Positions 36,501 to 45,189 of a stretch of 64,000 nucleotides of DNA are shown here, piece by piece. The DNA is from Scyliorhinus canicula. Taxonomy: Eukaryota. The stretch is taken from NCBI RefSeq assembly GCF_902713615.1, contig NW_024055500.1:4700135-4764134 (forward strand), read 5' to 3'. Position 1 is the first letter of the stretch. Each line of letters starts with the position of its first letter. The notes below the pieces were generated by a model. The model did no database searches. It was not told where the DNA came from and was given only the letters and a program-made list of their open reading frames with translations. Position numbers and translations under genes: made by a program.

Positions 36501-39500
36501 GACCTGGCGTACCGGAGTGGCGAGAACCACTCCGGAATTCTCCGCACCTTTAGGGGCTAGGCCCACGCCGGAGTGGCTCCCGCTCGGCGCCAACGGATTT
36601 GGTGGAGGGGGTGTCGTCCGCCTCCGCCATGGTGGAGGCCGTGGCGGCGGCGGAAGGAAAAGCGTGCCCCCACGGCACAGGCCCGCCCGCCGATCGGTGG
36701 GCCCCGATCGCGGGCTAGGCCACCGTGGGGGCACCCCCAAGGAGTCCCATCGCCTCCCTATCTCTGTAACCTCCTCCAGCCCCTACACCCCTCCCTATCT
36801 CTGTAACCTCCTCCAGCCCCTACACCCCTCCCTATCTCTGTAACCTCCTCCAGCCCCTACACCCCTCCCTATCTCTGTAACCTCCTCCAGTCCCTACAAC
36901 CCTCCCTATCTCTGTAACATCCTCCAACCCCCTACAACCCTCACTATATCTGTACCCTCCCCCAGCCCCCTACACCCCTCCCTATCTCTGTAACCTCCTC
37001 CAGTCCCTACAACCCTCTCTATCTCTGTAACCTCCTCCAGTCCCTACAACCCTCCCTATCTCTGTAACCTCCTCCAGCCCCTACAACCCTCCCTATCTCT
37101 GTAACCTCCTCCAGTCCCTACAACCCTCCCTATCTCTGTAAACTCCTCTAATCACTCCAGCCCTCTCTATCTCTGTAACCTCCTCCAGCCCCTACAACCC
37201 TCCCTATCTCCGTAACCTACTCCAGCCCCTACAAACCTCCCTATCTCTGTAACCTCCTCCAGCCCCTACACACCTCCCTATCTCTGTAACCTACTCCAGC
37301 CCCTACAACCCTCCCTATCTCTGTAAACTCCTCTAATCACTCCAGCCCTCTCTATCTCTGTAACCTCCTCCAGTCCCTACAACCCTCCCTATCTCTGTAA
37401 CCTCCTCCAGCCCCCTACAACCCTCCCTATCTCTGTAACCTCCTCCAGACCCAACACCCCTCCCTATCTCTGTAAACTCCTCCAGCCCCTACACCCCTCC
37501 CTATCTCTGTAACCTCCAGCCCCGCCAAACCTCCCTATCTCTGTAAACTCCTCTAATCACTCCAGCCTTCTCTATCTCTGTAACCTCCTCCAGCCCCTAC
37601 AACCCTCCCTATCTCTGTAACCTCCTCCAGCCCCTACAACCCTCCCTATCTCCGTAACCTACTCCAGCCCCTTCAACCCTCCCTATCTCTGTAACCTCCT
37701 CCAGCCCCTACACCCCTCCCTATCTCTGTAACCTCCTCCAGCCCCTACACCCCTCCCTATCTCTGTAACCTCCTCCAGTCCCTACAACCCTCCCTATCTC
37801 TGTAACATCCTCCAACCCCCTACAACCCTCACTATATCTGTACCCTCCCCCAGCCCCCTACACCCCTCCCTATCTCTGTAACCTCCTCCAGTCCCTACAA
37901 CCCTCTCTATCTCTGTAACCTCCTCCAGTCCCTACAACCCTCCCTATCTCTGTAACCTCCTCCAGCCCCTACAACCCTCCCTATCTCTGTAACCTCCTCC
38001 AGTCCCTACAACCCTCCCTATCTCTGTAAACTCCTCTAATCACTCCAGCCCTCTCTATCTCTGTAACCTCCTCCAGCCCCTACAACCCTCCCTATCTCCG
38101 TAACCTACTCCAGCCCCTACAAACCTCCCTATCTCTGTAACCTCCTCCAGCCCCTACACCCCTCCCTATCTCTGTAACCTACTCCAGCCCCTACAACCCT
38201 CCCTATCTCTGTAAACTCCTCTAATCACTCCAGCCCTCTCTATCTCTGTAACCTCCTCCAGTCCCTACAACCCTCCCTATCTCTGTAACCTCCTCCAGCC
38301 CCCTACAACCCTCCCTATCTCTGTAACCTCCTCCAGACCCAACACCCCTCCCTATCTCTGTAAACTCCTCCAGCCCCTACACCCCTCCCTATCTCTGTAA
38401 CCTCCAGCCCCGCCAAACCTCCCTATCTCTGTAAACTCCTCTAATCACTCCAGCCTTCTCTATCTCTGTAACCTCCTCCAGCCCCTTCACCCCTCCCTAT
38501 CTCTGTAACCTCCTCTAATCACTCCAGCCCTCTCTATCTCTGTAACCTCCTCCAGTCCCTACAACCCTCCCTATCTCTGTAACCTCCTCCAGCCCCTACA
38601 ACCCTCCCTATCTCCGTAACCTACTCCAGCCCCTTCAACCCTCCCTATCTCTGTAACCTCCTCCAGCCCCTACACCCCTCCCTATCTCTGTAACCTACTC
38701 CAGCCCCTTCAACCCTCCCTATCTCTGTAAAATCCTCTAATCACTCCAGCCCTCTCTGTCTCTGTAACCTCCTCCAGTCCCTACAACCCTCCCTATCTCT
38801 GTAACCTCCTCCAGCCCCTATACCCCTCCCTATCTCTGTAACCTCCTCCAGCCCCCTACACCCCTCCCTATCTCTGTAACCTCCTCCAGCCCCGCCAAAC
38901 CTCCCTATCTCTGTAACCTCCTCCAGCCCCTACAACCCTCCCTATCTCTGTAACATCCTCCAGCCCCTACAACCCTCCCTATCTCCGTAACCTACTCCAG
39001 CCCCTTCAACCCTCCCTATCTCTGTAAAATCCTCTAATCACTCCAGCCCTCTCTATCTCTGTAACCTCCTCCAGTCCCTATAACCCTCCCTATCTCTGTA
39101 ACCTCCTCCAGCCCCTACAACCCTCCCTATCTCTGTAACCTCCTCCAGCCCCTACAACCCTCCCTATCTCCGTAACCTACTCCAGCCCCTTCAACCCTCC
39201 CTATCTCTGTAACCTCCTCCAGCCCCTACACCCCTCCCTATCTCTGTAACCTACTCCAGCCCCTTCAACCCTCCCTATCTCTGTAAAATCCTCTAATCAC
39301 TCCAGCCCTCTCTGTCTCTGTAACCTCCTCCAGTCCCTACAACCCTCCCTATCTCTGTAACCTCCTCCAGCCCCTATACCCCTCCCTATCTCTGTAACCT
39401 CCTCCAGCCCCCTACACCCCTCCCTATCTCTGTAACCTCCTCCAGCCCCGCCAAACCTCCCTATCTCTGTAACCTCCTCCAGCCCCTACAACCCTCCCTA

Positions 39501-42500
39501 TCTCTGTAACCTCCTCCAGCCCCTACAACCCTCCCTATCTCCGTAACCTACTCCAGCCCCTTCAACCCTCCCTATCTCTGTAAAATCCTCTAATCACTCC
39601 AGCCCTCTCTATCTCTGTAACCTCCTCCAGTCCCTATAACCCTCCCTATCTCTGTAACCTCCTCCAGCCCCTACAACCCTCCCTATCTCCGTAACCCACT
39701 CCAGCCCCTTCAACCCTCCCTATCTCTGTAACCTCCTCCAGCCCCTACACCCCTCCCTATCTCTGTAACCTCCTCCAGCCCCCTACACCCCTCCCTATCT
39801 CTGTAACCTCCTCCAGCCCCTACACCCCTCCCTATCTCTGTAACCTTCTCCAGCCCCCTACACCCCTCCCTATCTGTAACCTCCTCCAGCCCCTAAAACC
39901 CTCCCTATCTCCGTAACCTACTCCAGCCCCTTCAACCCTCCCTATCTCTGTAACCTCCCCCAGCCGCAACAACCCTCCCTATCTGTAACCTCCAGCCCCC
40001 TACACCCCTCCCTATCTCTGTAACCTCCTCCAGCCCCGACAACCCTCCCTATCTCTGTAACCTCCTCCAGCCCCTACACCCCTCCCTATCTCTGTAACCT
40101 CCTCCAGCCCCTACACCTTTCCCTATCTCTGTAACCTCCTCCAGCCCCTACAATCCTCCCTATCTCTGTAACCTCCTCCAGCCCCTACAACCCTCCTTAT
40201 CTCTGTAACCTCCTCCAGCCCCTTCACCCCTCCCTATCTCTGTAACCTCCTCTAATCACTCCAGCCCTCTCTATCTCTGTAACATCCTCCAGTCCCTACA
40301 ACCCTCCCTATCTCTGTAACCTCCTCCAGTCCCTACAACCCTCCCTATCTCTGTAACTTCCTCCAGCCCGTACAATCCTCCCTATCTCTGAAACCTCCTC
40401 CAGCTCCTACAATCCTCTCAATCTCTGTAACCTCCTAAAGCCCCCTACAACCCTCCCTATCTCTGAAACCTCCTCCAGCCGCTATTACCCTCCCTATCTG
40501 CAACCTCCTCCTGCTCCTACAATCCTCCATCTCTGTAACCTCCTCCAGTCCCTATAACCCTCCCTATCTCTGTAACCTCCTCCAGCCCCTACAACCCTCC
40601 CTATCTCCGTAACCCACTCCAGCCCCTTCAACCCTCCCTATCTCTGTAACCTCCTCCAGCCCCTACACCCCTCCCTATCTCTGTAACCTCCTCCAGCCCC
40701 CTACACCCCTCCCTATCTCTGTAACCTCCTCCAGCCCCTACACCCCTCCCTATCTCTGTAACCTCCTCCAGCCCCCTACACCCCTCCCTATCTGTAACCT
40801 CCTCCAGCCCCTTCAACCCTCCCTATCTCTGTAAAATCCTCTAATCACTCCAGCCCTCTCTATCTCTGTAACCTCCTCCAGTCCCTATAACCCTCCCTAT
40901 CTCTGTAACCTCCTCCAGCCCCTACAACCCTCCCTATCTCTGTAACCTCCTCCAGCCCCTACAACCCTCCCTATCTCCGTAACCTACTCCAGCCCCTTCA
41001 ACCCTCCCTATCTCTGTAACCTCCTCCAGCCCCTACACCCCTCCCTATCTCTGTAACCTACTCCAGCCCCTTCAACCCTCCCTATCTCTGTAAAATCCTC
41101 TAATCACTCCAGCCCTCTCTGTCTCTGTAACCTCCTCCAGTCCCTACAACCCTCCCTATCTCTGTAACCTCCTCCAGCCCCTATACCCCTCCCTATCTCT
41201 GTAACCTCCTCCAGCCCCCTACACCCCTCCCTATCTCTGTAACCTCCTCCAGCCCCGCCAAACCTCCCTATCTCTGTAACCTCCTTCAGCCCCTACAACC
41301 CTCCCTATCTCTGTAACCTCCTCCAGCCCCTACAACCCTCCCTATCTCCGTAACCTACTCCAGCCCCTTCAACCCTCCCTATCTCTGTAAAATCCTCTAA
41401 TCACTCCAGCCCTCTCTATCTCTGTAACCTCCTCCAGTCCCTATAACCCTCCCTATCTCTGTAACCTCCTCCAGCCCCTACAACCCTCCCTATCTCCGTA
41501 ACCCACTCCAGCCCCTTCAACCCTCCCTATCTCTGTAACCTCCTCCAGCCCCTACACCCCTCCCTATCTCTGTAACCTCCTCCAGCCCCCTACACCCCTC
41601 CCTATCTCTGTAACCTCCTCCAGCCCCTACACCCCTCCCTATCTCTGTAACCTTCTCCAGCCCCCTACACCCCTCCCTATCTGTAACCTCCTCCAGCCCC
41701 TAAAACCCTCCCTATCTCCGTAACCTACTCCAGCCCCTTCAACCCTCCCTATCTCTGTAACCTCCCCCAGCCGCAACAACCCTCCCTATCTGTAACCTCC
41801 AGCCCCCTACACCCCTCCCTATCTCTGTAACCTCCTCCAGCCCCTACAACCCTCCCTATCTCTGTAACCTCCTCCAGCCCCTACACCCCTCCCTATCTCT
41901 GTAACCTCCTCCAGCCCCTACACCTTTCCCTATCTCTGTAACCTCCTCCAGCCCCTACAATCCTCCCTATCTCTGTAACCTCCTCCAGCCCCTACAACCC
42001 TCCTTATCTCTGTAACCTCCTCCAGCCCCTTCACCCCTCCCTATCTCTGTAACCTCCTCTAATCACTCCAGCCCTCTCTATCTCTGTAACATCCTCCAGT
42101 CCCTACAACCCTCCCTATCTCTGTAACCTCCTCCAGTCCCTACAACCCTCCCTATCTCTGTAACTTCCTCCAGCCCGTACAATCCTCCCTATCTCTGAAA
42201 CCTCCTCCAGCTCCTACAATCCTCTCAATCTCTGTAACCTCCTAAAGCCCCCTACAACCCTCCCTATCTCTGAAACCTCCTCCAGCCGCTATTACCCTCC
42301 CTATCTGCAACCTCCTCCTGCTCCTACAATCCTCCATCTCTATAACCTCCTCCAGCCCCACAACCCTCCCTATCTCTGTAACCTCAAGCCCTAGACAACC
42401 CTCCATAGCTCTGTAGTCTCCTCCAGTCCCCTACAACTCTCCCTACCTCTGTAACCTCCTCCAGCCCCTACTACCCTCCGTCTCTGTAATCTCATCCAGC

Positions 42501-44493
42501 TCCATACAACCCTCCCTATCTCTGTAACCTCTTCCAGCCCCTACAGCCCTCCCTATCTCTGTAATCTCATCCAGCCCCATACAATCCTCCCTATCTCTGT
42601 AACCTCCTCCAGCCCCCTACAACTCTCCCTATCTCTGCAACTCCTCCAGCCCCCACATCCCTCATTATCTCTGTAACCTCCTCCACCCCCTACAATCCTG
42701 CCCATCTCGAAACTCCTTCAGTCCCCCCAACCCTCCCTACCTCTGTAACCTGCTCCAGCTCCTAGAAACCTCACTATCTCTGTCACGTCCCCCAGCCCTT
42801 AAAACCGTCCCTATCACCATCCCAACTGGGGAATATATCGGCCATTCCTTGACAATGGCCGGGTCAAAATCCTGGAACTCTCTAGCAGCACGGTGGGTGC
42901 ACCTACACCACACGGGGCCGTAGCGGGGTCAAGATGGCGGCTCACCCACCACCTTCTCGAGGGGTAATTAGGAATGGGGAACGTCCACCTCCTGCAAATT
43001 ATTTTTTTAAAAACTCCTGTCGTTGTCAAGGAGAGAGTAGGCCCAAACACAGCCTGTGATTTCGCTCCTGGCTTGCTGTGAGAGACTCGGCCTTGGGAAG
43101 CAGGTTGGACGATCGTTCTATGTGCCTGGGAGTGGCTAAGCTTGAATAGTTGTGTGTCTTCTCATTCCTGCTCCGATAGGTGAGACTAGGAACAGGCTGG
43201 AGGCTGAGCCATTGTTCCGAGGCCTCTGGGAGGTGGTAGGCCCGAAACGGAGCCTGCGCAATCTGCAGCTGAGTTTCTGCAGCGACTAGGCTGCAACTGA
43301 GGCCTGCACTGGGCCTTCTAGTCCTCAGGAACTTCCTGCCTCTCTCCCTGAGCTTGAATTTCAGTGAATTAATGTATTCCATGTCCTCATCCACCACCCC
43401 CCCCCCCCTCCCCCCCATCCATTTGCTCGCGGGCAGTTCTCGGAATCGGAGAGCGCCCAGAGGGCGTTGGAACAGCTCCACGGTTTCGAGCTGGCAGGAC
43501 GACCGCTGAAAGTTGGCTTGGCATCGGATCGATCGGAAATGGAGGGACCGATATCCTTCATGGACAATGACGAGGCTGACAGGGCTGGGATAAGCCTGGG
43601 GCCCACTGGGCGTCTACATCTTATGGCACGGCTGGCAAAAGGTAAGATACTGGCTGGGGTGGGTTATATATATATATATATAGAATAACAGATACCCGGG
43701 AGTGAGTTACAGACTGGAATCTAATCGAGGTGTTCGGGGTGGTTTATATATAGAATAACAGATACCCGGGAGTGAGTTACAGACTGGAATCTAATCGAGG
43801 GGTTCAGGGTGGTTTATATATAGAATAACAGATCCCCGGGAGTGAGTTACAGACTGGAATCTAATCGAGGGGTTCAGGGTGGTTATATATAGAATAACAG
43901 ATACCTGGGAGTGAGTTACAGACTGGAATCTAATCGAGGGGTTTGGGGTGGTTTATATATAGAATAACAGGTGCCCGGGAGTGAGTTACACACTGGAATC
44001 TAATCGAGGGGTTCGGGATGGTTTATATATAGAATAACAGATACCCGGCAGTGAGTTACAGACTGGAATCTAATCGAGGGGTTCGGGGTGGTTTATATAT
44101 AGAATAACAGATACCCGGGAGTGAGTTACAGACTGGAATCTAATCGAGGGGTTCAGGGTGGTTTATATATAGAATAACAGATACCCGGGAGTGAGTTACA
44201 GACTGGAATCTAATCGAGGGGTTCAGGGTGGTTTATATATAGAATTACAGATGCCTGGGAGTGAGATACAGACTGGAATCTAATCGAGGGGTTCGGGGTG
44301 GTTTATATATAGAATTACAGATGCCTGGGAGTGAGTTACAGACGGGAATCTAATCGAGGGTTTCGGTGATGTTTATTTGATCGGCTCCATTTTGTTCCTG
44401 CAGGCTCTGGGATTGAAATTCCTTTTGCAACTCAGGCGGCTCTGCAGTTGACCTCCTCATTCGCGTTTGGAGGTCCCCGTGCTACGATCACAG
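3542..44493 (+). CDS. RBM39/RBM23: Multi-exon RBM39/RBM23 (CAPER) family splicing factor, 5'-partial (join of 10 exons, 1150 nt); divergent paralog, RRM residues closer to RBM23
   Basis: Exons splice with consistent phases (0-2,2-2,2-2,2-2,2-0,0-0,0-0,0-0,0-1,1-1) and no stops. Peptides such as TPEERDA..IRPRDL, SKGIAYVEF, PIIVQASQAEKNR, RLYVGSLH.NITE.MLRGIF.PFG, ALEQL.GFELAGRP and GRL.LMARLA match human RBM39/RBM23 as I recall them. Paralog assignment needs a tree. Confidence 0.93.
3590..15147 (+). repeat. Satellite B, 69-bp unit GGACAGGTACAGCACGGGGTTAGATACAGAGTAAAGCTCCCTCTACACTGTCCCCATCAAACACTCCCA, about 167 copies
   Basis: Period 69 (3601 to 3670); near-invariant from about 11500 onward. 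Confidence 0.98.
15160..19272 (+). repeat. Minisatellite C, about 37-bp purine-rich unit GGGGCTGGAGGAGGTTACAGAGATAGGGAGGGTTGTA
   Basis: Direct reading; divergent copies, with internal block duplications at offsets of about 240 and 597 bp. Confidence 0.97.
19344..19460 (+). CDS. RBM39/RBM23: Coding exon b (117 nt, Ser-rich low complexity: SRCGGAELQTLSHLSLPAPSSESREATDSRSQSHEDSS)
   Basis: Unique island between two arrays. Acceptor tctctttccag| (tandem CAGCAGCAG), donor ag|gtactc, phase 2-2, open and in frame with exon c. Confidence 0.7.
19477..21985 (+). repeat. Minisatellite D, 44-50-bp unit CAGGGAGATATCTGTACACTGACTGGTGTCTCTCAGTCCCCTCTCTCT, about 50 copies
   Basis: Direct reading; length varies in the (CT)n part; a block is duplicated at offset 344 (20639 vs 20983). 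Confidence 0.97.
22092..22247 (+). CDS. RBM39/RBM23: Coding exon c (156 nt, Arg/Ser/His-rich domain)
   Basis: Acceptor ttctctctctcctacag|, donor ag|gtgcgg, phase 2-2; TSHERKYARAHHRRRRSHERRRRHSHGKSRHSRRGHHSHSRGHRSSHRGSQ. Confidence 0.85.
23033..23092 (+). CDS. RBM39/RBM23: Coding exon d (60 nt, YRRSPSRSRSPLYRDRSFS)
   Basis: Acceptor attgtgtttcag|, donor ag|gtgagg, phase 2-2; corresponds to the RSRSKSPFRKDKSPVR exon preceding RRM1. Confidence 0.87.
23235..23885 (+). repeat. Minisatellite E, about 47-bp unit CTCACTGTGCACGGTTCCTTCACTGAACAATTGAACTCTGACTGAC
   Basis: About 14 copies, some shortened. Confidence 0.93.
24547..24896 (-). mobile_element. tRNA-derived SINE, V-SINE/HE1-like, full length
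   Basis: Reverse complement has a tRNA-like head (TGGTTAGCA, GGTTCGATTCC), the V-domain core GGTCACTGTCTGT...GGGTTTCCTCCGGGTGCTCCGGTTTCCTCCCACAGTCC and a (TTCTATG)n tail. Confidence 0.9.
25120..27060 (+). repeat. Minisatellite C, second array
   Basis: Same 37-bp unit and orientation as 15160-19272. Confidence 0.96.
27344..27461 (+). CDS. RBM39/RBM23: Coding exon e (118 nt, start of RRM1)
   Basis: DQTSKRTPEERDACTVLCLQFSGHIRPRDLADFFRPAGK; acceptor ccctgtcaag|, donor aag|gtatgg, phase 2-0. Confidence 0.93.
27482..28648 (-). repeat. Satellite B, inverted array, about 17 copies
   Basis: Reverse complement of the 69-bp unit; fills nearly the whole intron e-f. Confidence 0.97.
28673..28825 (+). 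CDS. RBM39/RBM23: Coding exon f (153 nt, RRM1 with RNP1)
   Basis: VRDVKIISDRSSRRSKGIAYVEFYEMDSVALAINLSGSRLFGIPIIVQASQ; acceptor tcttctaccttgatag|, donor cag|gtacat. Missed by the ORF track. Confidence 0.96.
28865..29917 (-). repeat. Minisatellite A, inverted array running into a gap
   Basis: Reverse complement of the 33-bp unit. Confidence 0.97.
29918..30418. other. Assembly gap (about 500 N)
   Basis: N run. Confidence 1.
30419..34352 (+). repeat. Degenerate pentanucleotide satellite (AACCC/AACTC)n
   Basis: Direct reading; source of the PTQLN/NSTQP ORFs. Confidence 0.97.
34385..34896 (-). mobile_element. CR1-clade LINE 3' fragment, decayed
   Basis: MEYKNREVLLKLYRALVRPHLEY..QFWSPYLRKD motif typical of the CR1 ORF2 C-terminal region. 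Confidence 0.87.
35021..35158 (+). CDS. RBM39/RBM23: Coding exon g (138 nt, linker and start of RRM2)
   Basis: AEKNRTSALVSGQQKGQAGPTRLYVGSLHSNITEEMLRGIFQPFGK; acceptor tgaacag|, donor aag|gtgggt. Confidence 0.96.
35180..36279 (+). repeat. (CT)n-rich low-complexity tract interrupted by a gap
   Basis: Direct reading; ends as the polypyrimidine tract of exon h. Confidence 0.93.
35337..35715. other. Assembly gap (379 N)
   Basis: N run. Confidence 1.
36280..36345 (+). CDS. RBM39/RBM23: Coding exon h (66 nt, RRM2 RNP1)
   Basis: IDSLHVIKDTESGISRGYAFVT; acceptor ctctctctctcccag|, donor acg|gtaagt. Confidence 0.94.
36466..36745 (+). mobile_element. GC/CpG-rich interspersed element fragment, probably a non-autonomous DNA transposon (MITE-like), left part
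   Basis: Starts gccgggattctcc; shares CGCCGATCGGTGG..CCC..GATCGCGGGC with 52505-52783, whose end ggagaatcgcgtcc is roughly the reverse complement of this start. Confidence 0.55.
36753..42815 (-). repeat. Minisatellite C, inverted array (about 6 kb)
   Basis: C-rich on + strand; block duplications at offsets of about 888 and 1807 bp. Confidence 0.97.
42815..42985 (+). mobile_element. Probable LINE 3'-end fragment
   Basis: gtcaaaatcctggaactc...caagatggcggctcacccaccaccttctcgagggg resembles a common shark LINE 3' end as I recall it; not verified. Confidence 0.45.
43437..43641 (+). CDS. RBM39/RBM23: Coding exon i (205 nt, end of RRM2 and linker)
   Basis: FSESESAQRALEQLHGFELAGRPLKVGLASDRSEMEGPISFMDNDEADRAGISLGPTGRLHLMARLAK; acceptor gggcag|, donor g|gtaaga, phase 0-1. 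Confidence 0.96.
43675..44375 (+). repeat. Minisatellite F, 70-bp unit TATATAGAATAACAGATACCCGGGAGTGAGTTACAGACTGGAATCTAATCGAGGGGTTCGGGGTGGTTTA, 10 copies
   Basis: Period 70 (43681, 43751, 43821...); occupies over 90% of the 762-nt intron i-j. Confidence 0.97.
44404..44493 (+). CDS. RBM39/RBM23: Coding exon j (90 nt, linker)
   Basis: (G)SGIEIPFATQAALQLTSSFAFGGPRATIT resembles RBM39 GTGLQIPPAAQQALQMSGSLAFG; acceptor ttttgttcctgcag|, donor g|gtgaac, phase 1-1. Confidence 0.9.
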
Positions 44494-44837
44494 GTGAACC
44501 CCCCCCCCCCCCCCCCCTCCCACCCACCCACCCGACGGGAGTGACTGCGGCGAGTGTTGTGGGGAATGTGCGTCGGATCTTAAACCGTGCCCTCGCGTTG
44601 CCCTTCCCGATCGAAACGACGGGTTGGGGGGAGTTGGGGTGGTGGTTGGGGGGGGGGGGGGGGGGGGCATGGTCCGTGTGGACTGGGTTTGTGAGGGGAT
44701 GGGGGGAGGTGTGGTGGTGAGGAAGGGTAGGGGATGTCGCAAGGTTGTGGGAGGGGCTTCATTGGCCTGGGGTGAACATTTGGCAGGTTGGGGAGCGGAG
44801 TTGGAAGTTCAGGGTCGCTCTTCTTTGATGCTGGTTT

Positions 44838-45164
44838 AGAACATAGACCATTACAGCGCAGTACGGGCCCTTCGGCCCTCGATGTTGCGCCGACCTGTGA
44901 AACCATCTGAAGCCTATCTGACCTACACTATTCCGTTTTCATCCATATGTCTATCCAGTGACCACTTAAATGCCCTTAAAGTTGGCGAGTCTACTACTGT
45001 TGCAGGCAGGGCGTTCCACACCCCTACTACTCTCTGAGTATAGAAACTGCCTCTGACATCTGTCCTATATCTATCACCCCTCAATTTAAAGCTATGTCCC
45101 CTCGTGTTGGTCATCACCATCCGAGGAAAAAGACTCTCACTGTCCACCCTATCTAACCCTCTGA
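44838..45164 (-). mobile_element. CR1-clade LINE 3' end
   Basis: LFP..TRGHSFKL..R..FYTQRVV..WNALP motif followed by a short-repeat tail. Confidence 0.87.
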
Positions 45165-45189
45165 AGAGTGGACATCGAGTTCGTAGTGT

